Assembly: GCA_028279275.1 (NCBI GenBank)
Contig: JANQOB010000002.1
Coordinates: 264,500-328,499, forward strand
DNA from: Gammaproteobacteria bacterium
GTDB taxonomy: Bacteria; Pseudomonadota; Gammaproteobacteria; UBA4575
Length of the DNA: 64,000 nt
Direction: 5' to 3'
The notes beneath the pieces were generated by a model. It searched no databases and was not told where the DNA came from. It saw only the letters and a program-made list of their open reading frames with translations. The position numbers and the translations under genes were made by a program. Below are positions 42,321-50,792 of the stretch, piece after piece. Position 1 is the stretch's first letter, and the number at the start of each line of letters is the position of its first letter.

Positions 42321-42524
42321 ATGAAAATTGCGTCCTTAAGCAAAAAATTATCTGTTGGCTTACTGGTACTGACACTAGCTGTCTTAGCGTATGGGTTCGT
42401 ATTACCTGAAGACGCAAAAGTAGCCCAGGTTCAGACAGATCAATTTCAAATGCAAGAGCCTTTTTCATTTGAACCACTTAAATTTTATTCATCACTTGAA
42501 TCTGGACAAGACATCTATTTATGA
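42321..42524 (+). CDS. Small hypothetical exported or membrane-anchored protein
   Basis: Basic N-terminus plus hydrophobic segment; GGGA about 10 nt upstream. Confidence 0.6.
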   Translation: MKIASLSKKLSVGLLVLTLAVLAYGFVLPEDAKVAQVQTDQFQMQEPFSFEPLKFYSSLESGQDIYL

Positions 42525-42684
42525 AAAACCGAATTTCTAAAAAAATAAATCTAATAAAGGAATACAGAATACAACGGATGTAGATTGGAGAAAAAAAGTA
42601 AATCAACAGGTTTGCATAACCGACCTGCTGCGTTTATGGAAAATTCATATCAAATTATTCACTATTTTAAATAAGGTAACACAA

Positions 42685-43290
42685 ATGAAACTTACTAAAT
42701 CAATGTATTTGGCGATTTTAAGCGCCGTACTAATCGCCCTTAGTGTTTATGCTGTAGCTTCGGCTAGTAGTAAAACCGAAAAGGAAAAAGACAATACACA
42801 AGCGATTGCTACTTCGGATTGCAAATTAGAAAAGTATTTAGATCCAGTTGTTTTTGCTGAAACGATGGCGAATCCTGCGAAGTTCACAGAAATGATGATG
42901 ATCATGAGCAATCCTCACTCAGCACCAAAAATGATGGAGTGTTCAATGAAGCCTGAGACTTGGTATAAAGTTATGGCTTATTACAGCAACCCAGCCGCAT
43001 GGTCTGCGGTCATGGCACAGTTTATGAACCCTCAAATGTATACAAATTGGATGGCAGCTTCGATGAACCCACAATTTTATCAGCCATACTTTGCATTCAT
43101 GAATCCTGCTTATTATACAGAGTGGATGAATGTAGCAATGAATCCACAAAGCTATCAACCAATGTTTGAGGTGATGGATCCTGCATGGCAGCAAGAAAGT
43201 GCTGCCACAATGACAAACCCTAATTGGTTTCAACAAATGTTTGCTGGATTTCAATCACCTGTTGTAGCGGATGCAACACCGGCTGAGTAA
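42685..43290 (+). CDS. Exported Met-rich tandem-repeat protein
   Basis: Signal peptide ending AVA-S/ASA-S; about 11 repeats starting N/D/K-P; AAGGT SD. Confidence 0.8.
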   Translation: MKLTKSMYLAILSAVLIALSVYAVASASSKTEKEKDNTQAIATSDCKLEKYLDPVVFAETMANPAKFTEMMMIMSNPHSAPKMMECSMKPETWYKVMAYYSNPAAWSAVMAQFMNPQMYTNWMAASMNPQFYQPYFAFMNPAYYTEWMNVAMNPQSYQPMFEVMDPAWQQESAATMTNPNWFQQMFAGFQSPVVADATPAE

Positions 43291-43371
43291 ATATCTTCAC
43301 TGCTTGTGAGATATTTCTGAATTGAATTTGACCCTAGAAACTAGGGTAGTAATTTCATTCAAGTCTCGTAT

Positions 43372-43403
43372 AAAGCCTCGGCCAATGAGTCGGGGCTTTT
43401 TTT
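43372..43403 (+). terminator. Rho-independent terminator
   Basis: AAGCCTCGGC-CAATGA-GTCGGGGCTT stem followed by a T run. Confidence 0.85.
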
Positions 43404-43634
43404 GTGTAAATGTAGACGAAAGAGTTTATAGTAATCTATGTACGATATGGGAAAGACTATAAGAAAATGAATAACAATCTCAATATTGTATGCAATAATT
43501 TATCAGCAACATGATGTCAGGTTCAATTTTAATGCAATTGCACCAAAAAAGATTTAACTTTGAATCGATAGCTTTGAACGTCAATTCTTACTCAAACATC
43601 GAAACATAAACATATATACAAGTATATTATTACG

Positions 43635-43668
43635 TATAATCAGTAATTAGCATGATGCGCTTCATGCT
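43635..43668 (+). promoter_or_regulatory. TATAAT -10 followed by inverted repeat AGCATGA-N6-TCATGCT
   Basis: TATAAT at 43635-43640; palindrome at 43649-43668, 47 bp before the ATP-grasp ATG. Confidence 0.4.
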
Positions 43669-43715
43669 TCTGTCTGAAGTATTACATTACAAACTTTGAA
43701 AATTTTTTAAACGTA

Positions 43716-45152
43716 ATGACAGATCATTGGTATCAATACTCTAAAGAAAAATACTATGATGAAGTCATCAACTGCGAAGGTAATGCCTATAAGCCAACAA
43801 GAAAGTTAGTTAGCTATACGAAAAAGTTGTTGGCATCCGATATTAAAGAACGTGTGACTGCAGCTGAGTCGGCCATTAAGACACTCGGCATCACTTTTAC
43901 GGTTTATAGTGATGGCGAAAATATTGATCGTGAGTGGCCGCTTGATATTCTCCCAAGGATCATTACATCTTCAGAATGGAGTGTTGTTCAAAAAGGTTTA
44001 ATTCAAAGATTGACTGCACTCAATCATTTTATAAATGACGTATATAACGAACAAAAAATATTAAAAGATAAGCTACTCCCGCGCGCATTAATTGAAAACT
44101 CCACAAATTTTAGAAAAGAATGTAAAGGTATCAAACCTTTATACGGTGTATGGGCACATATTTGTGGCACCGATCTAATTCGCGACAAAGACGGTAAATT
44201 CTATGTACTAGAAGATAACTTGCGAGTGCCTTCAGGTGTGTCGTATATGCTTGAAAATAGAAAAATCACTAAGCGTGTATTGCCTGAATTATTTGAAAGT
44301 TACGATGTACAACCCTTGCGTGATTATCCTAATAAATTGTTTGAGATGTTAGTCTCGTTGTCTCCTAATCAAACAGATACACCTGAAATTGTTGTCCTTA
44401 CACCCGGTATTTACAATTCTGCATATTTTGAGCACTCGTTTTTAGCCCAACAAATGGGTACTGAGTTAGTAGAAGGTGCTGATTTGGTAGTAGAAAATGA
44501 TCATGTATTCATGCGCACAGTCTCAGGATTAAAAAAGGTTGATGTGATTTATCGACGACTCGATGATTTATTTTTAGATCCGAATGTATTCAAGCCTGAA
44601 TCCGTGATTGGGGTGCCAGGATTGATGCAAGCGTGGAAGAAAAATAATGTATCCATTGCGAATGCCCCTGGTGCTGGTGTTGCAGATGATAAAGTTGTCT
44701 ACACCTATGTGCCAAAAATGATTGAGTATTATCTCAGCGAAAAGCCTATTTTATCGAATGTTCCCAGTTATGTTTGCTCGGATAAAGATCAGTGTAAGTA
44801 TGTACTCGAACATTTAGACCAACTTGTTTTAAAACCTGCAAATGAGTCTGGAGGATATGGAATGTTAATTGGCCCGCAATCCACCAAAAAAGAACAAAAT
44901 CAATTTAAACAACTTATAAAAAAAGATCCTCGCAATTATATTGCACAACCCTTATTGTCACTTTCAACTTGTCCAGTCATCACAAATAATGGGCTAAGAC
45001 CCAGGCACATTGATTTACGTCCGTTTATTCTTCAAGCAGAACAAAGCTATGTGACGGCTGGAGGACTTACACGTGTCGCGATGCGACCGGGTTCATATGT
45101 CGTGAATTCCTCACAAGGGGGTGGCAGTAAAGATACATGGGTTGTTGATTAG
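43716..45152 (+). CDS. Circularly permuted type 2 ATP-grasp protein
   Basis: GITFTVY, WPLDILPRII, VLEDNLRVPSGVSYMLENR, YFEHSFLA, LKPANESGGYG, VNSSQGGGSKDTWV. Confidence 0.93.
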   Translation: MTDHWYQYSKEKYYDEVINCEGNAYKPTRKLVSYTKKLLASDIKERVTAAESAIKTLGITFTVYSDGENIDREWPLDILPRIITSSEWSVVQKGLIQRLTALNHFINDVYNEQKILKDKLLPRALIENSTNFRKECKGIKPLYGVWAHICGTDLIRDKDGKFYVLEDNLRVPSGVSYMLENRKITKRVLPELFESYDVQPLRDYPNKLFEMLVSLSPNQTDTPEIVVLTPGIYNSAYFEHSFLAQQMGTELVEGADLVVENDHVFMRTVSGLKKVDVIYRRLDDLFLDPNVFKPESVIGVPGLMQAWKKNNVSIANAPGAGVADDKVVYTYVPKMIEYYLSEKPILSNVPSYVCSDKDQCKYVLEHLDQLVLKPANESGGYGMLIGPQSTKKEQNQFKQLIKKDPRNYIAQPLLSLSTCPVITNNGLRPRHIDLRPFILQAEQSYVTAGGLTRVAMRPGSYVVNSSQGGGSKDTWVVD

Positions 45153-45158
45153 CCATTT

Positions 45159-46103
45159 ATGTTATCGCGTGTTGCCAGTAGAGTTTTTTGGATCGGGCGA
45201 TATATGGAACGAGCAGAAAATACTGCACGTATGGTGAATGTCAATTCAAACTTGTTATTCGATTTACCTCGAGGCACAAAAATTAGTTGGTCCACGCTTG
45301 TAGATACAATAGGCAGTAATGCAGCATTTTCTGAACACTATAGTAATTTTGAAGAACGTTCTGTAATTAAATTTTTACTTTCTGATTCTACAAGTCCTTC
45401 GTCCATATTTAGCTCACTTCGTCATGCACGAGAAAATGCACGCACCACACGAGAAATTTTACCTAGTGAAGCATGGGAATGTATAAATGAACTCTACTTA
45501 TATGTAAAAGATGAGGCAGCAACTAATTTAGCGAGGAAAGACCGCTATTATCTACTACAAGAAGTTATTATCGGTGCGCAACATCTCGTAGGATTGTTAT
45601 CAGGAACGATGAGTCATAACCATGCTTACGATTTTATACGAATGGGTATATGTCTAGAAAGAGCGGATATGACGTCGCGAGTAATTGATATGGGAAGAGG
45701 AAAGCCTTTACCTGATTTATTAGATGATGCAAAGGATTATCAAACGTCGGATCCTTACGAATCGATTTTGTGGATGAATATATTAGTGTCACTCGGCGCA
45801 CACCAAAGTTTTCGACAAAAATTACAAAATCGTGTGAATGGGCAAAGTGTAGTGCGATATTTACTAACCGATACCGAATTTCCAAGAGCGATCTTATTCT
45901 GTATTGATGAGCTTTATAGAAGTATTGTTCGACTCCCTAGAAGTAGTGATATCGCGATCCATTTGGATAAAATAAAGACCATGGTGATTAAAGCGGATAT
46001 TGATAAGTTATATGATGATGGATTACATAAATTTCTGGACGATCTCCAGATCGAATTTGGAAAGGTCAGCGAAGCCATCGAGCAAAACTGGTTTCTAGCA
46101 TAA
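45159..46103 (+). CDS. Alpha-E domain protein (DUF403)
   Basis: MLSRVASRVFWIGRYMERAENTAR and a second ER motif CLERADMTSR; EFPRAILFC. Confidence 0.93.
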   Translation: MLSRVASRVFWIGRYMERAENTARMVNVNSNLLFDLPRGTKISWSTLVDTIGSNAAFSEHYSNFEERSVIKFLLSDSTSPSSIFSSLRHARENARTTREILPSEAWECINELYLYVKDEAATNLARKDRYYLLQEVIIGAQHLVGLLSGTMSHNHAYDFIRMGICLERADMTSRVIDMGRGKPLPDLLDDAKDYQTSDPYESILWMNILVSLGAHQSFRQKLQNRVNGQSVVRYLLTDTEFPRAILFCIDELYRSIVRLPRSSDIAIHLDKIKTMVIKADIDKLYDDGLHKFLDDLQIEFGKVSEAIEQNWFLA

Positions 46104-46112
46104 AAGTTAAAA

Positions 46113-47141
46113 TTGAGAACCTTTAGTTGCAAATGTGGTGAACGTTTATTTTTTGATAATACAAAATGTTTGGCATGTGGCTCATTACTCGCATATGAAT
46201 TCGAAACGGATCAACTTCATACACTCGGGGAAAGCGCCAATAAAATTTATCCACTAGGTGATGGACGTTCAGTACGTCTGTGTCAAAATTATGTTGACTA
46301 TGACGTATGTAATGCATGCATAGATGTGCAACAGGAAAATTCATGGTGTATTGCGTGTCAACTGAATGAAACCATTCCTAACTTGGATTACGCACAGAAT
46401 CTTGAAAAATGGGCGAAATTGGAATCGGCAAAACGACGCCTAGTACGCACACTGCTTAAACTAAATTTATCTATAAAACCTAAAACTCATCAATCCCAAG
46501 ATGGATTGGCTTTTGCTTTTCTAGAGGATCAATCTCAAAACCCAGATGTTTTAGAAGTCAACGTCATGACTGGTCACCATAATGGACTGATTACCATTAA
46601 TTTAGCTGAAACTGATGAATGGGTTCGTGAAAGCACACGACTAGAGATGGGTGAATATTATCGGACCTTACTTGGGCACTTGCGCCATGAGTCTGGCCAT
46701 TATTATTTTGAGCAGTACGTTTTGGGCAGTAATTATCTGTTCGAATTCGAACAACTCTTTGGCGATTATCGAAAAGACTATGAAAAGTCATTAAACGACT
46801 ACTATGAGGCTAATCAAACCTCCTATGACCATGAGAATTTTATTAGTGCATATTCACAAGCTCATCCGTTAGAAGATTGGGCAGAATGCTGGGCTCATTA
46901 TTTCCATATCGTGGATACCCTGGAGACGGCCTATGCATTTGGAATTCTAAAAAATCCTTCTTCGAATGATTTTTTTTCTCAACAATTGAGTGATTGGACG
47001 TTGTTAACTGTAAAATTAAATGAGCTTAACCGCAGTATGGGTTTAGAGGATATGTACCCCTTCATACTGGGTACGAACGTCATTAAGAAACTGAAGTTTG
47101 TTCATCAGGTGATTGATCCCATGAGGCTCCCCAAACAATAG
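46113..47141 (+). CDS. Zinc-ribbon plus putative zinc metallopeptidase
   Basis: CKC...CLAC ribbon, LCQN...CNAC...CIAC; MTGHHNGLITINLAE; HLRHESGHYY (HExxH); YSQAHPLEDWAECWAHYFHIVD; TTG start. Confidence 0.88.
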   Translation: MRTFSCKCGERLFFDNTKCLACGSLLAYEFETDQLHTLGESANKIYPLGDGRSVRLCQNYVDYDVCNACIDVQQENSWCIACQLNETIPNLDYAQNLEKWAKLESAKRRLVRTLLKLNLSIKPKTHQSQDGLAFAFLEDQSQNPDVLEVNVMTGHHNGLITINLAETDEWVRESTRLEMGEYYRTLLGHLRHESGHYYFEQYVLGSNYLFEFEQLFGDYRKDYEKSLNDYYEANQTSYDHENFISAYSQAHPLEDWAECWAHYFHIVDTLETAYAFGILKNPSSNDFFSQQLSDWTLLTVKLNELNRSMGLEDMYPFILGTNVIKKLKFVHQVIDPMRLPKQ

Positions 47142-47847
47142 GAGGCATTTGTTTGAAGGCTTCACGTAAACGGTTATCCCATTCTTTTTTTACGATGCGC
47201 AAATATTCACTATCTTCATCAAACTTAAAATATTTCCCTGGTTCAAGGCTGTTCGTGTGATAAATACTCACTTCAAGGGGTGGGCCGACGGATAGATTAC
47301 TTCTCATCGTAGAATCCATCGAGACTAAGGCTGCAGAAGCGGCCGTCATTAAATCCGTCTCGCGAGACAGCACTCGATCCAGTATTGGTTTTCCGTATTT
47401 ACTCTCACCAATCTGTAAAAATGGGGTGTCATGAGAGCTTGAGATATGATTGCCCTCTGGATACACCAAGAATATTTTAGGCTCGTGTTCAAGCCCAATT
47501 TGTCCACCGACAATGAATGTTGCATCATACTTTGAGGCGTCATCGGGAGATTGTTTTTCGATCTCTTGCCGATTAAGTTGCCCAAGATAATCTGCAAGTG
47601 CGCGAATGGATGAAGCATTCATGATATTGAGTTTCTCCTTTTTCTCAATATCCGATTTTACTTTCGCAATCACCGCTTGCGTCGTTGCAAGATTTCCTGA
47701 ATTTAAAATCGAAAACTGGCGTTCTCCAGGAATACCAAAGCTGTATAACTTACTGTAAGTGCTAACTTGGTCAACCCCGGCATTGGTTCGCGAGTCTGAA
47801 CAAAACACAATACCTTCATTAACTTTAATCGCAAGGCAATAGGTCAT
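47083..47847 (-). CDS. Proteasome-type Ntn protease (Anbu)
   Basis: MTYC with Thr nucleophile, SDSRTNAGVD, SGNLATTQ, FLQIGESKYGKPILDR, SMDSTMRSNLSVGPP. Confidence 0.93.
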   Translation of the reverse strand: MTYCLAIKVNEGIVFCSDSRTNAGVDQVSTYSKLYSFGIPGERQFSILNSGNLATTQAVIAKVKSDIEKKEKLNIMNASSIRALADYLGQLNRQEIEKQSPDDASKYDATFIVGGQIGLEHEPKIFLVYPEGNHISSSHDTPFLQIGESKYGKPILDRVLSRETDLMTAASAALVSMDSTMRSNLSVGPPLEVSIYHTNSLEPGKYFKFDEDSEYLRIVKKEWDNRLREAFKQMPPIVWGASWDQSPDEQTSVS

Positions 47848-48029
47848 AAGTAAGCCAATGGTTCGAAAATTTTAAAAGAACGGATTAAACCCAGATTCCA
47901 TTAGAGTCGTCAATACTTAAATCTTCAATTGGTCATTCAGGTTGCAGGAAGTCGACTATGCTCCATATTGTTGCAGGACTGCATCAAGCAATACGATGTG
48001 GTGTATTTTTAAACTGTTTTATTAAATTG

Positions 48030-48827
48030 CTAAGAATAAAGTGTAAGCCAGTAAGAACCCCAAATTATTAAACCCATTCCCGTGATCATTCTAGAAGCAG
48101 TAGGCGAAAAAGGTAAAACTTTTTCAAGTAATACAAATATTGTTATGAGTATGACCCAGAGCATATTCATTACTCCAACGGCAAATAAAATAAGCATAAG
48201 CGCCCAACAACAACCTACACAAAAAATACCGTGGTGAAAGCCCATTTTTAAAGCGCCGATATTTCCTTCTTTCCATGCCGTCATAATAAAACCTAACGGT
48301 GTTCGACATTGGTTTAGGCATACATCCTTAAGGGGTGTGAATTGATAAATACCAGCTACAATTAGTAGGCTTCCGCTTAACAAATAACTGCGGCTATCCA
48401 TCATTGGATCCAGTAAACCTTTTTCGTGCAATGGCCACTGAATGAGGCTTACCACGATACTAAACACACCCCAAGCCAATAAGTAACCAAATAAAAATAA
48501 CCAAGTAGGGGCATAAGGTTGCTGTTTTTGTTTTTTGTTTTTATTAACTGTGGCAAACATCGTTACCATCGGAACTACGGTGGGCGTCATCATGGCGACC
48601 ATCATGGTGAGCCACATGAAAAACAGCATGAAAAAGTCATAACCGGTCCATGACCTTGTTCCACTTTGTGGAGGCATCCACATATCAACCAAGTGCATGT
48701 TTTGCATCGCCCATGCCATGTAAAACATATAGGCCCAACCTGCAGCTGCCACTAAAAACAAGCCTGTGAGAATTATTTTCTTGTCTTTAGAGCTTAATTT
48801 GCTTGAAATTGCTAAATTATTCGTCAT
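48030..48827 (-). CDS. DUF2182-family putative metal-binding membrane protein
   Basis: WLTMMVAMMTP, AGIYQFTPLKDVCLNQCRTP, GIFCVGCCWALM...GVMN. Confidence 0.88.
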   Translation of the reverse strand: MTNNLAISSKLSSKDKKIILTGLFLVAAAGWAYMFYMAWAMQNMHLVDMWMPPQSGTRSWTGYDFFMLFFMWLTMMVAMMTPTVVPMVTMFATVNKNKKQKQQPYAPTWLFLFGYLLAWGVFSIVVSLIQWPLHEKGLLDPMMDSRSYLLSGSLLIVAGIYQFTPLKDVCLNQCRTPLGFIMTAWKEGNIGALKMGFHHGIFCVGCCWALMLILFAVGVMNMLWVILITIFVLLEKVLPFSPTASRMITGMGLIIWGSYWLTLYS

Positions 48828-48898
48828 TATTTATAGAGAGTTCCTCAAATTTTTATATATAATGATTTCATTCATCATTCTTAGAGTAGGGTACGTGT

Positions 48899-49504
48899 AT
48901 GGCAATTTCAAACTGGAAAGTTGAAGGAAAATATTTTGAATCATGTAACTGTGAAAATTTATGCCCATGCATTTTACTAAAAGATCCTACTGAAGGTTTT
49001 TGTGAAGCCATGGTGGGTTGGGAAATTGAAAAGGGTCATTGTGAAGATGTGTCACTTGATGGAGTTAAGGTTGGTGTATGGTTACATGCCCCAGGTAATT
49101 TGACGGAAGGGAACTGGAAGCTTGCCTTGTATGTAGATGAAAATGCTAGTGAAGATCAATTTAATGCGGTTTGTTCGCTATGGAGCGGTGAAGGCGGGGG
49201 TCATTTAGGTGTGATTGCAAGTCTTGTTGGGGAAGTTATGGGTGCTGAGAAAGCAAAGATTTCATTTGAGTATAGCGATAATAAAAAACACCTAGTCATT
49301 GAAGGTGTAGGTGAAAATGAAATGGAGCCTATGGAAGGTGCTGATGGTAGAAATGTAATTGTAACGGATCCGCCTTTAGCGGTTGCTCCTAACAACCCAA
49401 TTACTGTGCATGTTTCATCTAATGCACACTTTGAAGGGCACGGATATACATGGAAACAATCTGGAAAAGCGGGTTTAGCATCGCCATTCCAATATGGGCC
49501 TTAA
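48899..49504 (+). CDS. DUF1326-family protein
   Basis: WKVEGKYFESCNCENLCPC, WEIEKG, ALYVDENASEDQ, LWSGEGGG. Confidence 0.85.
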   Translation: MAISNWKVEGKYFESCNCENLCPCILLKDPTEGFCEAMVGWEIEKGHCEDVSLDGVKVGVWLHAPGNLTEGNWKLALYVDENASEDQFNAVCSLWSGEGGGHLGVIASLVGEVMGAEKAKISFEYSDNKKHLVIEGVGENEMEPMEGADGRNVIVTDPPLAVAPNNPITVHVSSNAHFEGHGYTWKQSGKAGLASPFQYGP

Positions 49505-49536
49505 TTTAGAATTTATCAAGACAGTTGTAGAATTGG

Positions 49537-49848
49537 TCAAAACTTTTCAGGGCGAAGTACCTCAACGTCGCTGACATAAATAATCATCGCGTAATTTTTA
49601 TAATATTTTTCTCTTACAAATGTAGATATTCTTTTTGACATTTCGTTGTCACAGACTATCTCGATTCTAACATTACCGCTTGTTTCCCAGCTTGCATTTC
49701 GAATTCCTCTACTACCTTTTCCACGTGCATTTGTGATGGTGTATCCAGAAACCTTTAAGTCATCTAGATCTCTTAGAATTGAGTTTTCAATTGCCGTCTC
49801 AGTTACGATAGTTAACAGCTTTTTAGTAAATTGATTTATTTCGTTCAT
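49537..49848 (-). CDS. P-II-like protein (SbtB-like)
   Basis: LLTIVTE, SGYTITNARGKGSRG, NVRIEIVC, DVEVLRPEKF; directly downstream of the SbtA-like permease. Confidence 0.85.
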   Translation of the reverse strand: MNEINQFTKKLLTIVTETAIENSILRDLDDLKVSGYTITNARGKGSRGIRNASWETSGNVRIEIVCDNEMSKRISTFVREKYYKNYAMIIYVSDVEVLRPEKF

Positions 49849-49856
49849 ATATCAAC

Positions 49857-50792
49857 CTAGATCATTTTATGGAAATATTCAGCAAATTTAAGATAAAGTG
49901 GAACCCCAACAATTACATTAAATGGAAATGTTATTCCGAGTGAGGCAGTAAGCGAGAGTGATGGATTGGCTTCTGGTACGGAAATTCTCATAGCAGCCGG
50001 TACTGCAATATAAGATGCGCTAGCGGCTAAAATAGCAAGCATCGCGGTACCTCCAGTGGATAATTCTAAAAATATCCCTAGTAAGGTTCCAATGATGGCT
50101 GAAAAAATCGGCATTGTTAAACCAAATGCCAGCAAGAATATTCCATAACGACGCAGGTCAGACAATTGTGCGGAGGCAATTAGACCCATTTCTAATAAGA
50201 AAATGGCTAATATTCCTTTAAATAAGTCGAAGAAAAGAGGTTCTACAGAGCTTAAGCCTTCTGGGCCGGCTATCCAGCCGATAACAAGCCCACCTAATAA
50301 TAAGACAATTCCTTTCCCTAAAAATACTTCATGTGCAACGGACCCCCAGTTCGTTTCACTACTCAAACCCTTTGCTAAAAGAATACCGACAATAATGGCA
50401 GGTACCTCTAAGATTACTAGCAATAATGGTAAATGTTCTTCATAACTGATTTGTTGTGATTCAAAATATGCTATGGCAACGGCGAAGGTACCAACACTCA
50501 CAGACCCATAGTGAGCTGCTATGGATGCTGCATCTGCACGTTTTAATTTTCCAAGGTAATAAAGTAATGGAAAAGCGAATAGTGGTAATAAAAACCCCAT
50601 AGCAGTTACTGCTAGTATGTCAGGAACTAGATCTAAAAAAGGCTGTTTAGCAAGTTCTATCCCACCTTTTAAACCAATGGAAAGCAGAAGTAGAATGCTT
50701 ACGAAATCATAGATCTGTGCTGGCAAGCGTAGTTCAGAACGCGATAACCCAGCCACTACACCTAGGATAAAAAAAAGTATGATAGGGTCGAT
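49857..50792 (-). CDS. Sodium-dependent bicarbonate transport family permease (SbtA-like, DUF897)
   Basis: LLLSIGLKGG, AAHYGSVSVGTF, ASASYIAVPAAMR, GITFPFN; frame extends 5' of the track's GTG to ATC at 50792. Confidence 0.88.
   Translation of the reverse strand: MDPIILFFILGVVAGLSRSELRLPAQIYDFVSILLLLSIGLKGGIELAKQPFLDLVPDILAVTAMGFLLPLFAFPLLYYLGKLKRADAASIAAHYGSVSVGTFAVAIAYFESQQISYEEHLPLLLVILEVPAIIVGILLAKGLSSETNWGSVAHEVFLGKGIVLLLGGLVIGWIAGPEGLSSVEPLFFDLFKGILAIFLLEMGLIASAQLSDLRRYGIFLLAFGLTMPIFSAIIGTLLGIFLELSTGGTAMLAILAASASYIAVPAAMRISVPEANPSLSLTASLGITFPFNVIVGVPLYLKFAEYFHKMI

Noticed and set aside
42685-43290. CRISPR-like DNA repeat (ATGAACCC recurrences)
   Set aside because: In-frame degenerate codons of a protein repeat; no constant repeat-spacer structure and no cas genes
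43533-43545. NtrC site upstream of the ATP-grasp operon
   Set aside because: Only a TGCACCA half-site; no partner half and no sigma54 promoter found
47860-47868. tRNA T-loop-like GGTTCGAAA
   Set aside because: No acceptor, D or anticodon arms around it
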